Positions 6,861 through 16,536 of a DNA stretch of 24,000 nucleotides are shown here, piece after piece. The notes beneath the pieces were generated by a model. The model was not told the origin of the DNA and did no database searches. It worked only from the letters and a program-made list of their open reading frames with translations. Every line of letters starts with the position of its first letter. Within the stretch, counting starts at the first letter, position 1. Made by a program: the position numbers and the translations under genes. Source of the stretch: Achromobacter phage JWDelta; sequence record KF787094.1. One strand, given 5' to 3'.

Positions 6861-6898
6861 AAACCAGACAGCATAAAGCTGCTCTGGTTTTTCTTTTT
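6861..6898 (+). terminator. rho-independent terminator after the tmRNA locus
   Basis: AAACCAGACAGC-ATAAA-GCTGCTCTGGTTT followed by TTTTTCTTTTT. Confidence 0.85.
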
Positions 6899-6911
6899 AC
6901 TACTCAACATC

Positions 6912-7235
6912 ATGATCCAAAAACACAACAAAGAGTCTCTGAAGCAGACCCTCCAAGAACACGCTGAAGTAGTTGTACGCTTCACGGCTGAATGGTGCGG
7001 TCCTTGCAAAGCGTTCGCCCCTGCCTTCAACGAAGTGGCGACGGACGCCAACAACAACGGCATCACGTTCCTAGAAATCGATGCTGATGCCAACCCGGAT
7101 ATCACCGCTGAATACGGTGTGCGTGGTCTGCCGTCGGTACTGTTCTTCATCCATGGTCAAGTCGTTGGCCGTGTGGCCGGTGCCATGACTGCGGAGAAAT
7201 TCCGCGAAGTGGTGTCGAAGCAGTTCAACCGCTAA
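6912..7235 (+). CDS. thioredoxin-like protein
   Basis: FTAEWCGPCKAFAPAFNEVA...LPSVLFFIHGQVVGRVAGAM; canonical WCGPC active site. ATG 6912 preferred over the 6798 ORF start, which lies before the terminator. Confidence 0.9.
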   Translation: MIQKHNKESLKQTLQEHAEVVVRFTAEWCGPCKAFAPAFNEVATDANNNGITFLEIDADANPDITAEYGVRGLPSVLFFIHGQVVGRVAGAMTAEKFREVVSKQFNR

Positions 7236-7245
7236 GGAGCCATTC

Positions 7246-7824
7246 ATGGCCATTGATATTCGTGAGTATGAAGCACGCATTCTGGCCATGGATGCTGCCA
7301 AGAATCGTGACTACACCAGCATGACTTCGATGCAGCGAAGCCTGTATAACAAGATGCTGAACCAGCAAATGAAAGACGCCCTCATCTATGGGATGGATAT
7401 TCAAAAGCTTGATCTGAATGGCCCTGCCTTGATCTCTGGTGTGTTCAGCACCCCTGTGCCGGACAATCCATTCAGTAAGGCACAAGATCGTGCTTTCATG
7501 TCTGGCATTGCGGTAGAAATCCATGACGCCATCGAGTCTGCGTGGCGAGAGGATATCGTCCGTCTCCGTGACCAGCTGGAAAATGAAAGACGTCGCAAGG
7601 AAATGTATGACCGGCTTGAGATGGAAAACGAGATCAAGCGAAAGTTCTACGAGGCAGAATCACGCCGACTAGATTCGCTGATGGTTGAACAACAGATCAT
7701 CGGTAAGCAATTCCCCACTGTCATCTTTGACGACTATCGAAAGGAAGTCGAAGAGATCTACAAACCCGAACCACCGAAGAAGAAAGGCTTCCCTTGGTTA
7801 TTCGGCAACAAAAGGAGATGGTAA
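7246..7824 (+). CDS. hypothetical protein (192 aa), charged/coiled C-terminal half
   Basis: Complete ORF after the thioredoxin gene. Confidence 0.7.
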   Translation: MAIDIREYEARILAMDAAKNRDYTSMTSMQRSLYNKMLNQQMKDALIYGMDIQKLDLNGPALISGVFSTPVPDNPFSKAQDRAFMSGIAVEIHDAIESAWREDIVRLRDQLENERRRKEMYDRLEMENEIKRKFYEAESRRLDSLMVEQQIIGKQFPTVIFDDYRKEVEEIYKPEPPKKKGFPWLFGNKRRW

Positions 7825-8012
7825 TGCGTCATCGTTTTCTTATGGCTCCGCCTTCGAGCGTTGCCGCGTCCAAGACCCTGGACAGTGTTCGTGATCTGGC
7901 TCGTGAATTCGGCTGGAAGATGGACATGCCTGTCCGTGACTTCCTGCGTCAGCGATTGGAGCAAGCAAAGATCGCAGATCGCTGGGAAGAAGATTCCCTC
8001 AAGGGGCAGTAA
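7824..8012 (+). CDS. hypothetical small protein (62 aa)
   Basis: AAAGGAG upstream of ATG 7824; in-frame with ORF 7794..8012. Confidence 0.6.
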   Translation: MRHRFLMAPPSSVAASKTLDSVRDLAREFGWKMDMPVRDFLRQRLEQAKIADRWEEDSLKGQ

Positions 8013-8227
8013 TGACCCGACGGCAAGACCCCTGGAGTGGGAACCATGACCATGATTTCCACTCCGCTCACCCCACTCGCCTTCAAGAGTTGCGTGAGAG
8101 GACCAACAACCAAATCCCATTCAACTGGGCTACCCGGAAGTGTGCACACTGCAAACGCTCCCGGAGTCTGACGCAGTATAAAGGCGACAGCACGACGTGT
8201 AAGCGTTGCCCACCACAGGAGAAGTAA
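8012..8227 (+). CDS. small protein with two CxxC pairs
   Basis: KCAHCKRSRSLTQYKGDSTTCKRC; ATG overlaps the preceding stop. Confidence 0.6.
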   Translation: MTRRQDPWSGNHDHDFHSAHPTRLQELRERTNNQIPFNWATRKCAHCKRSRSLTQYKGDSTTCKRCPPQEK

Positions 8228-8697
8228 TGCGTACTCCTTTCTTCCGTCCCCGGCCCAAGAAGCCGGTTCGACTACCTATCATGTTCCGAGGTTCCACTGA
8301 TATGGAAAACGAACTCAAGATCGTGCCATTCGTGTACCTGGACAACATCTCCCGTGGCACTGGCGACGTTGAGATGTTTCTCACTCTGGTGTTCCGTGTT
8401 CTATCCGGACTGAAGATGTGTGAGTACTTCCCCGATCAATCCAAGCAGCTGGCTCGTGTAGTTCTCCCGAGCTTGGCTGCGTTGTGGTCGGTGGGAAACC
8501 GCATCATCAAGAAGCACAAGGTTGGTTTCTCTGGTGACGAGTACAAAGCCATACAGGCCGGTCTGGTTCAGATCGACAACATGCATGGTCACGTCACCAG
8601 GAAAGAGCACAGGGACATCATCTCCGACGTAGGCATGAAAGTCGGTGGCATGTCTCTGACCATGCAATCACTGGAACCCTACAAGGACCACGTATGA
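8227..8697 (+). CDS. hypothetical protein (MRTPFFRPRPKKPVRL...)
   Basis: AGGAGAAGTA before ATG 8227; part of the longer 8206..8697 ORF. Confidence 0.7.
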   Translation: MRTPFFRPRPKKPVRLPIMFRGSTDMENELKIVPFVYLDNISRGTGDVEMFLTLVFRVLSGLKMCEYFPDQSKQLARVVLPSLAALWSVGNRIIKKHKVGFSGDEYKAIQAGLVQIDNMHGHVTRKEHRDIISDVGMKVGGMSLTMQSLEPYKDHV

Positions 8698-9605
8698 GCC
8701 AGATCAAGGCAACCGTTATCGCGGATAGCATCAGCCCCCAAGGCATCCGCTTGACCACTTTCGAGTTGGTCTATCACCGCTTTATCCACTCGGAGTTCAT
8801 GACTCACCGCATGATCTCCAAGAATTCGGCCAGCAGCCGTGCCATTCCCACCCAGAAGCTGTTGGATCAGGTCCGCAATGACCCGATGATTCCGGTGCAC
8901 TGGGGTCTGAACCAAAAGGGAATGCAGGCAGATCACGAAGTCAGCGAGGAAGCTCGCCAGGACGCGATTGATCGCTGGCGTTGGGCAGCAGGCCAAGCGG
9001 CAGATGCTGCGGAAGGCATGATGGCTATCGGCATCCACAAGCAGGTCGCCAATCGTCCGCTGGAACCGTACATCGCCATGCGTGTCATCGCTACCGGCAC
9101 CGAGTGGAACAACCTGTTCCATCTGCGTCTGCACAAGGACGCACAGCCTGAATTCCGTGAACTAGCTCAGGCGATGCGTATCGCCCGTGAAGCGGCTACG
9201 CCCACCTTGCTGTATCCCGGCATGTGGCACCTGCCGTACATCACGCCGAAGGACACGGTGGCTGTGCACAACTATCTGAAGCACGGGCGTATCACTCGCA
9301 ACGAGCCGACGTCCGAAGAAGTGCTGGCAGTACTGCGCAGAATCAGCGTGGCCCGTTGTGCACGCGTCAGCTACAACAACCAGGAAGGCAAGCCCAGCGT
9401 TATCACTGAAGACCTGTTGCTCTACGAGCGTCTGGTTGGAAGTGTGCCGCTGCATGCCAGCCCGACGGAACACCAGGCTACGCCGGACAAACTCATTGAG
9501 TTGGACAACGGCGATATGGACTGGATGTCGTCGGAGAAGCACGGCAACCTCAACGGTTGGATTCAGTATCGCAAGACCCTGATCGGCGAGAACGTTCCCG
9601 GCTAA
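8694..9605 (+). CDS. thyX: flavin-dependent thymidylate synthase
   Basis: ThyX-type motif FMTHRMISKNSASSRAIP and FHLRLHKDAQPEFRELAQAM. Confidence 0.93.
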   Translation: MSQIKATVIADSISPQGIRLTTFELVYHRFIHSEFMTHRMISKNSASSRAIPTQKLLDQVRNDPMIPVHWGLNQKGMQADHEVSEEARQDAIDRWRWAAGQAADAAEGMMAIGIHKQVANRPLEPYIAMRVIATGTEWNNLFHLRLHKDAQPEFRELAQAMRIAREAATPTLLYPGMWHLPYITPKDTVAVHNYLKHGRITRNEPTSEEVLAVLRRISVARCARVSYNNQEGKPSVITEDLLLYERLVGSVPLHASPTEHQATPDKLIELDNGDMDWMSSEKHGNLNGWIQYRKTLIGENVPG

Positions 9606-9617
9606 ATCGGGTTGTTT

Positions 9618-9643
9618 GGGGGAGGCATCCGCCTCCCTCTTTT
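9618..9643 (+). terminator. rho-independent terminator
   Basis: GGGAGGC-ATCC-GCCTCCC followed by TCTTTTCT. Confidence 0.75.
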
Positions 9644-9668
9644 CTATTTCTCACCCATGGAGATTTAA

Positions 9669-12206
9669 ATGATCGTTACTCATGAAGATACCAACATCAC
9701 CCACGTCGCCATGGGTGGCCTGGAAGCCATCGAGTGCGGCATCACTGGTGATGCTCACTTCATGCACATGTTGTCTGCGTCCTTGTACAAGGACCAGAAG
9801 CTGGCGATGGTTCGTGAAGTGGCCTGCAATGCCTGGGACGCTCACATCATGGTCAGCAAGACTGACCCCATCGAGATCACTCTCGACAACGAAGAACTGA
9901 TCATCAAGGATTTCGGTCCTGGCATTCCTCACGACAAGATCGGCCCAATCTACGGCGTCTATGGAGCCAGTACCAAGAAGAACGACGGCAAACAAACTGG
10001 TGGCTTCGGCCTCGGTTGTAAGTCGCCCTGGTCCTACACGGACACGTTCGAGGTCATCTCGTGCAATGATGGCAAGAAGTCCATCTACCAGATGACCAAG
10101 TCGGCCTCTGAACTGGGTGGCAAGCCCAGCATCAAGCCCATCGTTGTGGGCATCCCCACGACGGAAACCGGTATCACCGTCAAGATTCGTCTGAAGTCGC
10201 CTCACGACTCCGGCGAGATCATGAGCAAGCTGAAGGAAGTGCTGTATTACGGCGGCATCCCCTGCATGCTCAACGGCAAGATGGCTCCGTCCATCGACTA
10301 CGACTCCATGAAGAACAAGTGGATCGTTGCCAACCATCTGGAATCGAACCACAACAAGTCCATGTTGCAGGTTCGTTATGGCAATGTGGTCTATCCGATC
10401 ACGGCCCATCCGGCGTATGAAGAACAGCTGCGGCCTATCTTCAAGTTCATGAAGACGCTGCCGGAAAACACCCTCAAGTACGTGATGGTGTTCCAGGCTG
10501 ATCCCGACACGTTGGCCCCGACTCCGAGCCGGGAAGAACTGTCGATGATTGACATGACCGTCGAAACTCTCAAGGGACTGCTGCAATCGTTCGTCTCCGA
10601 ACTGAAGCAGGACGGCGAGAAGCTGACGGTTGAACGTGCACTGCATCGCATTCGTGCGGCAGGTACTGCCAACGTGAACAGCATCACCTCTCTGGAGATG
10701 TCTGTGCCAAAGCGACTGGGTGATCCTCTGTTCCACAACAGCGGGTATTACTCGTCTAAGCTTCATCGCCCTATCACCGAATTGGGCGACTTGGCTGACC
10801 TGTCGCTGGATACGACGTATCCCGGCACGTACATGCCCGGCTTCCGCAAGATGGACATGACGACTCGCTTCGAGATCATCAAGGCCAAGCTGAAGGACAT
10901 CTGGAACCAACGGCTGATGAAGTCCTGGGAGAAGGCGTTCTATTCGTCCTTCTCCGGCGAAAGCAAGCAGCAGAAGCAGTGGCTCACTCGTGAGATCACT
11001 GGCTGGATGGTCGGCAAGATGTTGAACCATACCAAGGAAATGAAGGCTGAAAACCTGCACATCCTGGGTCAAGGCACTCGCATCAGCTACTACGGCTCCA
11101 ACCGTGGTATACGCGAACTGGCCCATGAAGTGGTCAGCATCAACGCATTCCATCCCACCACGTTCTTCCACATGCTCCCGTTCCTGACGGGGCGGGTGAT
11201 CTTGACGTACAGCCGGACCACAATCTCGGCCCGTATGTGGAACCACAAGGACTATGCGCAGTCTAGCCGTGGCGTCGGTAGCTTGATCTACGTGGTTCCC
11301 CGCTCTGCTCGCATGGTGGATGAGGCCACAGCATTCTTCACCAAGTATGGCTTCACTGTCATTGACATGCTGGAGATTCATGATTGGGAGAACGAATGCT
11401 TCAAGCCGAAGAAGCGTGTGCCTGCTGACCCGGCAAAGCCCAAGGTCAAAAAGGTAAAGAAGACAGGCTACCTGTGCTTCGGTGCCTCCATGCTTAACGG
11501 CAACTTCAATCCATATGAGCATGCCCGGGACAATCCTGAAGCTGCTCGTATTGAGAAGCCGGAGTATTACCTCCGGCTGAAGCCGAAGGATCGACATGGC
11601 TACGACTTCTCAGTCGGACGCTTTGACCGTGCAGCTTCGTCCCTGATCTGCCAACTGTATGGGCATCTCGGTGCCATCATCCAGAAGGACGCTCAAGAAG
11701 AAGAGATGATCAAGCAAGGCATCCCTGAAGTGGATGTGTGGGTGTTGGACCGAATCTTCAAGGAGATGAAGACCAACAAGCGCATCCGTGAGTTGGTGTC
11801 GTACAAGTTCAGCAAGCTTGATCTTGGTTCGCTTTCTGTCATGTCATTCCTCCGGAATGATGATGAACTGGCGAACACGTATGGCTTGGTCTACGACACG
11901 CACATCCGTGACGAAAAGGTGCACAACCTGTATAAGCATCTGGCTCGTCACTTCACCGACAAATGGGGCGTGTTCCGTCACATTCCGGGCAACACTGATC
12001 GTGTCGAGCAATGGGGTAAGTTGTCCCAGGTGCTGGATGCAGTCGAGCCTGCCCCCCATCTCGTTTCATTGGCTCAGAAACTGGATGGAAACCTTGCAGT
12101 TGAGCTGTTCAATACGGATGCCGCAAGCAGACTGTTGAACGCAAAGGACACACCTCCGGAAGTCAAGGACAAGGTGCGTCAAACCCTCATCAACGCCATT
12201 GGCTAA
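9669..12206 (+). CDS. rIIA: rIIA-like protein, GHKL ATPase domain
   Basis: REVACNAWDAH (N box), IIKDFGPGIPHDKI (G1), GGFGLGCKSPWSYTDTFEV (G2), as in phage rIIA-like proteins; followed by an rIIB-like gene. Confidence 0.85.
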   Translation: MIVTHEDTNITHVAMGGLEAIECGITGDAHFMHMLSASLYKDQKLAMVREVACNAWDAHIMVSKTDPIEITLDNEELIIKDFGPGIPHDKIGPIYGVYGASTKKNDGKQTGGFGLGCKSPWSYTDTFEVISCNDGKKSIYQMTKSASELGGKPSIKPIVVGIPTTETGITVKIRLKSPHDSGEIMSKLKEVLYYGGIPCMLNGKMAPSIDYDSMKNKWIVANHLESNHNKSMLQVRYGNVVYPITAHPAYEEQLRPIFKFMKTLPENTLKYVMVFQADPDTLAPTPSREELSMIDMTVETLKGLLQSFVSELKQDGEKLTVERALHRIRAAGTANVNSITSLEMSVPKRLGDPLFHNSGYYSSKLHRPITELGDLADLSLDTTYPGTYMPGFRKMDMTTRFEIIKAKLKDIWNQRLMKSWEKAFYSSFSGESKQQKQWLTREITGWMVGKMLNHTKEMKAENLHILGQGTRISYYGSNRGIRELAHEVVSINAFHPTTFFHMLPFLTGRVILTYSRTTISARMWNHKDYAQSSRGVGSLIYVVPRSARMVDEATAFFTKYGFTVIDMLEIHDWENECFKPKKRVPADPAKPKVKKVKKTGYLCFGASMLNGNFNPYEHARDNPEAARIEKPEYYLRLKPKDRHGYDFSVGRFDRAASSLICQLYGHLGAIIQKDAQEEEMIKQGIPEVDVWVLDRIFKEMKTNKRIRELVSYKFSKLDLGSLSVMSFLRNDDELANTYGLVYDTHIRDEKVHNLYKHLARHFTDKWGVFRHIPGNTDRVEQWGKLSQVLDAVEPAPHLVSLAQKLDGNLAVELFNTDAASRLLNAKDTPPEVKDKVRQTLINAIG

Positions 12207-12215
12207 GGAAATACC

Positions 12216-13820
12216 ATGCAGCAGAAAATCGATCCGTTCCTGGTTGTCGCCTTCATCCTGACGACCACCGAACTGACCCTCTATTCGCCCACCGGCGAAT
12301 CCCGTGTGATCAAGCAGGGCGATCCTCGTGTCGCCCGTCTGGTTCACGACCTCCAACCCGTGATGGCCGTCGGCGGCCAGCTGGAAGTGGAACTGGGCGA
12401 AAAGCCCGAAGTCCTCGTCACCGTCCAAGACGTGGCGGAGCAGAAGGACCACACCAACTACTACGGTCAGGCGGAAGCCCAATCGAACGGCGTGGTCAAG
12501 TTCTTCCGTATCGCCCGTTCGGCTGTGCGCAAGTTCTTCGGCAAGCAGACCGAGCCGGTCGTTCCCGTGTCGGTGCCGGAAATCCTGGAACCCACCCAAG
12601 GTGGCGTCATCCCGGTTCCCGTCACGACCCAGGAAGAACAGCACAAGGAAGCCATTGCCGAAGTCATGGCCAACGCCATCCCGGCATCGTCGCCCAAGTT
12701 CTCGGTGCCGGAAGGTGCTGAAGCTGACGACGCCACGGGTGACACCCTGGTGGCCGTGGTCGGCGATACGCTGATCCCGAACGTGGAAGCCTTGGCTCCC
12801 CAGATCAAGCATGCCGTAAAGTCGAATTCGACCAAGGGCGTGCAACGTCTGATGGAACGTGTGGCTACCGTAGCCAAGAAGCGTGGCCACTCGGTCGAAG
12901 ACCTGATGAAGTTCATGCAGATCGGTGATCTGCCGGTCAACGACAACGGCGACCTCGTGGTCTTCAAGGCGTTGAAGACCAAGAACTTCGGTGATCGCTT
13001 CGACCACCGCTTCAAGTGGGCCGACATCCACTCGGGCAACGTCCCCCAACGTCTGGGTAGCTACGTCTACATGGACGAATCGCTGGTTGACCCGGATCGT
13101 CGTCAGGACTGCTCGAATGGCCTGCACATCGCCAGCCGTTCGTACCTGTCCGGTTTCCGTGGCGACGTGTGCGTCATCGCACTGGTTCGCCCGGAAGACG
13201 TCATCGCTGTGCCGGAATACAACCACAACAAGATGCGGGTCTGCGGATATCACATCGTGGCTGAACTGACCAGCCAGCAGTACAACAAGCTACTGAACAA
13301 CCAGACGTTCACCGACGACGAAGAAGGTCAACTGCTGCTGGGCCGGATCATGGAAGGGAAGCATATTCCCGTCACCAACAAGGTCCGCATCACCGCTCAA
13401 AAGGGCGGCGGCATCCAAATCGAGGAACTCGATAAGGATGAGCAGCAGCCGACGACCCAGCCGGAAATGGCTCCGGTCCCGGAGAAGCCCGTCAAGGCTC
13501 CGAAACGCAAGGCGGTATCCCTGGATAACCCCTGGGTGCCGAAAGCCGCTCCTGCGGCCCGTAGCAAGCCCCAGAAGCCCACTGCGGCACCTGTGGACGT
13601 CAAGGCCGTGGCCCAAAAGGCCAAGACCCTGAACCAAGGGAGCCAATCGGAACAAGCTGCCGCGCTGTATTCGGCAGTGGTTGACGCCAAGACCAAGGGT
13701 GCCGAGAAGGAAGCCGCCCAAGCCCTGCTGGACTTCAAAAAGAAGGCCAAAAAGAGCTGGACGGTCCTGGGTCTGGCCTCCACCACGGGCGAAGATTTGG
13801 CTGAACTGCTGGCCAAATGA
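12216..13820 (+). CDS. rIIB: rIIB-like protein
   Basis: FMQIGDLPVNDNGDLVVFKALKTKNFGD...RQDCSNGLHIASRSYLSGFRGDVCVIALVRPEDVIAVP; directly downstream of rIIA. Confidence 0.8.
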   Translation: MQQKIDPFLVVAFILTTTELTLYSPTGESRVIKQGDPRVARLVHDLQPVMAVGGQLEVELGEKPEVLVTVQDVAEQKDHTNYYGQAEAQSNGVVKFFRIARSAVRKFFGKQTEPVVPVSVPEILEPTQGGVIPVPVTTQEEQHKEAIAEVMANAIPASSPKFSVPEGAEADDATGDTLVAVVGDTLIPNVEALAPQIKHAVKSNSTKGVQRLMERVATVAKKRGHSVEDLMKFMQIGDLPVNDNGDLVVFKALKTKNFGDRFDHRFKWADIHSGNVPQRLGSYVYMDESLVDPDRRQDCSNGLHIASRSYLSGFRGDVCVIALVRPEDVIAVPEYNHNKMRVCGYHIVAELTSQQYNKLLNNQTFTDDEEGQLLLGRIMEGKHIPVTNKVRITAQKGGGIQIEELDKDEQQPTTQPEMAPVPEKPVKAPKRKAVSLDNPWVPKAAPAARSKPQKPTAAPVDVKAVAQKAKTLNQGSQSEQAAALYSAVVDAKTKGAEKEAAQALLDFKKKAKKSWTVLGLASTTGEDLAELLAK

Positions 13821-13828
13821 CGTTAATA

Positions 13829-13856
13829 TAGAGGCATCTTTTAGGAGATGCCTCTA
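13829..13856 (+). promoter_or_regulatory. hairpin enclosing a Shine-Dalgarno sequence
   Basis: TAGAGGCATC-TTTTAGGA-GATGCCTCTA, 10-bp perfect inverted repeat; AGGAG is in the loop/stem and the A of ATG 13856 is in the stem. Confidence 0.65.
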
Positions 13857-14383
13857 TGGCCAACGTAAACCGACCGAACCGCAAGGCTTCGGATAGCGAC
13901 ATCCTCCGCATGAACTATGTGGGGATGTCCCTTGGCACCATTGCCAAGACTTTGGGGATTCACCCCACGACTGTCACTCTACGACTCCAGAATCTGGGGG
14001 TGTACCCGGCTGATACCCGGCGCACCTTCATGGAGAACGTCCTCAAGCCCATGCCTGAAGACGTAGCAGAGTGGCTTGCCGATCAACTCGGCCCCACCTA
14101 TCAAATCCGCGAGTTCGTTCGTGACCTGCTTCAAGCGGCATACGACAAGCGATTTGACAACCAAAGGACCGCATATGAGCGACACCTTGCAAAATACGGC
14201 GGAGTGGTTCCGCCAAGCATCGCCCACACCTTCCGCCCAGAACCTGAGCACGCAGATGGGGGTGCACTTCGAGGAAGTCCGGGAAATGATCCTGGAACTG
14301 ACGCCCCGGACTCCGGAAGCGGATGTGATCCTCAAGGCGGCGAATGCAGCCCTGGAGAACCTGCAAGCCCTGCTGAAGCGTGA
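13856..14383 (+). CDS. HTH-containing hypothetical protein
   Basis: N-terminal HTH-like SDSDILRMNYVGMSLGTIAKTLGIHPTTVTLRLQNLGV; the C-terminal ~70 codons overlap the next gene. Confidence 0.6.
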   Translation: MANVNRPNRKASDSDILRMNYVGMSLGTIAKTLGIHPTTVTLRLQNLGVYPADTRRTFMENVLKPMPEDVAEWLADQLGPTYQIREFVRDLLQAAYDKRFDNQRTAYERHLAKYGGVVPPSIAHTFRPEPEHADGGALRGSPGNDPGTDAPDSGSGCDPQGGECSPGEPASPAEA

Positions 14384-14633
14384 TGCAACGGCCATCGGCG
14401 TGCACCCGGGCGATCACAAGCTGTTCCTGGACAGCCTCTGCGATCAGATCGTCACGGCGACTGGCGTCGGAACTTTCTTCGGGATGAATGTCCCCGGAGC
14501 GATGGCTGAAGTCAACGCCTCGAACTGGTCCAAGTTCGTGGATGGCAAGCCCATCCGTGATCCGGACACGCAGAAGATTCTGAAGGGACCGGACTACTTC
14601 AAGCCGGACCTGACCAAGTATCTGCCGCAGTAA
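14175..14633 (+). CDS. MazG-like / phosphoribosyl-ATP pyrophosphohydrolase-like protein
   Basis: C-terminal AMAEVNASNWSKFVDGKPIRDPDTQKILKGPDYFKPDLTKYL is characteristic; AAAGGA before ATG 14175. Confidence 0.75.
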   Translation: MSDTLQNTAEWFRQASPTPSAQNLSTQMGVHFEEVREMILELTPRTPEADVILKAANAALENLQALLKRDATAIGVHPGDHKLFLDSLCDQIVTATGVGTFFGMNVPGAMAEVNASNWSKFVDGKPIRDPDTQKILKGPDYFKPDLTKYLPQ

Positions 14634-14642
14634 CAACACCAC

Positions 14643-14669
14643 AAGGCCACCCTTCGGGGTGGCTTTGTC
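14643..14669 (+). terminator. rho-independent terminator
   Basis: GCCACCC-TTCG-GGGTGGC followed by TTTGTCATT. Confidence 0.65.
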
Positions 14670-14688
14670 ATTCCTGGAACCAAGAAAG

Positions 14689-15993
14689 ATGGATAAGTCC
14701 ACAACTACCAAGCCGCTGAATGCAGACCAACAGGCGGCAGCGGAAGGGTTCTTCAAGACCCTTTTCGATCCGAACGTCAAAGAGATGAACATCAGCGGCC
14801 CCGGTGGCGTGGGCAAGACCTATCTGATGGCTCACATCGTTGATGAAGTCATGCCTCAGTACCACGACGCATGCGGACTCATGGGCGTCAAGCCGGAGTT
14901 CGATGAAGTCGTGATGACGGCGACCACCAACAAGGCGGCGGAAATCCTGGCACAGTCCACGAACCGTCCCACCTCCACGATCCAGTCCCACTTGGGGCTG
15001 ACGATCAAGAACAACTTCCGTACCGGCGAATCCGACCTGATCAAGTCTCGTAACTGGTCCGTCAAGGAACGCCAGATCATCTTCGTCGATGAAGCGTCGA
15101 TGATCGACTCCAAGCTCCGCTCCTACATTCAGGAAGGGCAGAGCAAGTCCAAGATCGTGTACGTCGGCGACCACTGCCAGCTGCCTCCAATCAAGGAAGG
15201 CATCAGCCCGGTCTACAACAACAACCTGCCGATGTTCCAGCTGTTGATGCCCATGCGCACCGACCGTCCGGAACTGCTGGCGTTGAACCAACAGTACCGG
15301 GACATCGTGGAAGGCAAGCGTGTCTTCGGTGACATCAAGACGTGTCCCGGAATCATCGACCATGTTGGCCCTGATGACATGGAAGCTCTGTTGAAGACTC
15401 ACTTCAACGGACCCAACAAGAACCGTGTGGTTGCCTACAGCAACAAGCAGGTTCTGCTGTACACGGATCACATCCGAGACCAGCAAGGATTCCGTGGTGA
15501 ATTCGATGTGGGTGAAGAATTGGTGGTCAACCAGATGTACACCCGTGGCATGGATCGCATGTCCATCGAGCAGGAAGTTTCCATCACCAAGCGTTCGTCC
15601 ATCACTCGTCAAGTTCGTATCGACACTGACGTGTACATGGAAGTCCGTTCGGTCGATCTGGACACGGGCTACGGTGGCACCCTGACCGACGTGGAAATCC
15701 CCGTTGATCGTGAATACCACGCTGCACTGATCAAGTATTACGCCCGTGAGAAGAACTGGGAGCGTCACTTCTACCTGAAGGAATCGTTCCCCGATCTGCG
15801 AGCCAAGGATGCTTGCACGGTGCACAAGTCGCAGGGTTCCTCCTACGACACAGTGTTCATCGACCTCGGTGATCTGTCCACCTGCCACAACCCTTCGGTC
15901 GCTGCTCGCCTGTTCTACGTGGCCTTCAGTCGTGCACGTCACCGTGTTGTGATGTACGGCGAACTGGCCGAGAAGTACGGGCGCATTGTCTAA
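14689..15993 (+). CDS. SF1B DNA helicase, Dda/RecD-like
   Basis: Walker A ISGPGGVGKTYL, IIFVDEASMID, VYVGDHCQLPPI, TVHKSQGSSYDTVFIDL, LFYVAFSRARHRV. Confidence 0.93.
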   Translation: MDKSTTTKPLNADQQAAAEGFFKTLFDPNVKEMNISGPGGVGKTYLMAHIVDEVMPQYHDACGLMGVKPEFDEVVMTATTNKAAEILAQSTNRPTSTIQSHLGLTIKNNFRTGESDLIKSRNWSVKERQIIFVDEASMIDSKLRSYIQEGQSKSKIVYVGDHCQLPPIKEGISPVYNNNLPMFQLLMPMRTDRPELLALNQQYRDIVEGKRVFGDIKTCPGIIDHVGPDDMEALLKTHFNGPNKNRVVAYSNKQVLLYTDHIRDQQGFRGEFDVGEELVVNQMYTRGMDRMSIEQEVSITKRSSITRQVRIDTDVYMEVRSVDLDTGYGGTLTDVEIPVDREYHAALIKYYAREKNWERHFYLKESFPDLRAKDACTVHKSQGSSYDTVFIDLGDLSTCHNPSVAARLFYVAFSRARHRVVMYGELAEKYGRIV

Positions 15994-16003
15994 AGGAGCC
16001 GAC

Positions 16004-16528
16004 ATGACGCAGTTGCAAGGAAGTATTCTCGACAACCTCACCAACGCAATGGGGATCATCAAGCTTCTCTTTGATGGTGAGATTCGTCGGTTGTCCAAGA
16101 TGCTTGACGAGATCGTGACCAGCAATGATCGCATCCGTCAATCGCCCCCATCGGCTGGCTTCCTGTTCAACGGGAAGTTCCACAAGCGCAGCAATGCCAG
16201 CCGAGCACCGCTCGCTGGTGAACGCCAGACGCTTGATGAGCAGTTGTGGGACCAGATGGCAGAGTACCTTCGTGACACTGCTGCCATCATGATCGACATT
16301 CAGATGGTGAACCAAATGGCTCATCGTCTGGTCGGACCCTGCCAGACCATGCAAGACCTTCGTGATGCGCTGCCGGATTGTCTGGTGGCGCTGTCCGATG
16401 AAATCCAAGCACTGGAACGCACTCGTCCCGAGGCGTTCACCATTGCTGGAGATGAGCGGGGAATGCGGCAATTCCAGAAGATCAAACCTCTGATGGAAAT
16501 GTATAGCGGAACTCGCTTGCTGTACTAG
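16004..16528 (+). CDS. hypothetical protein (MTQLQGSILDNLTNAMG...)
   Basis: AAAGGAG upstream of ATG 16004. Confidence 0.7.
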   Translation: MTQLQGSILDNLTNAMGIIKLLFDGEIRRLSKMLDEIVTSNDRIRQSPPSAGFLFNGKFHKRSNASRAPLAGERQTLDEQLWDQMAEYLRDTAAIMIDIQMVNQMAHRLVGPCQTMQDLRDALPDCLVALSDEIQALERTRPEAFTIAGDERGMRQFQKIKPLMEMYSGTRLLY

Positions 16529-16536
16529 GAGACGCC

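Noticed and set aside
9651-11597. Minus-strand ORF of 648 aa opposite rIIA
   Set aside because: Antisense shadow of a well-supported GHKL/rIIA gene; His/Val/Leu/Gln-rich product typical of reverse-complement reading.
12066-13253. Minus-strand ORF of 395 aa
   Set aside because: Antisense to the rIIA end and rIIB-like gene; shadow-ORF composition.
14668-16134. Minus-strand ORF of 488 aa
   Set aside because: Antisense to the SF1B helicase, which has the full motif set.
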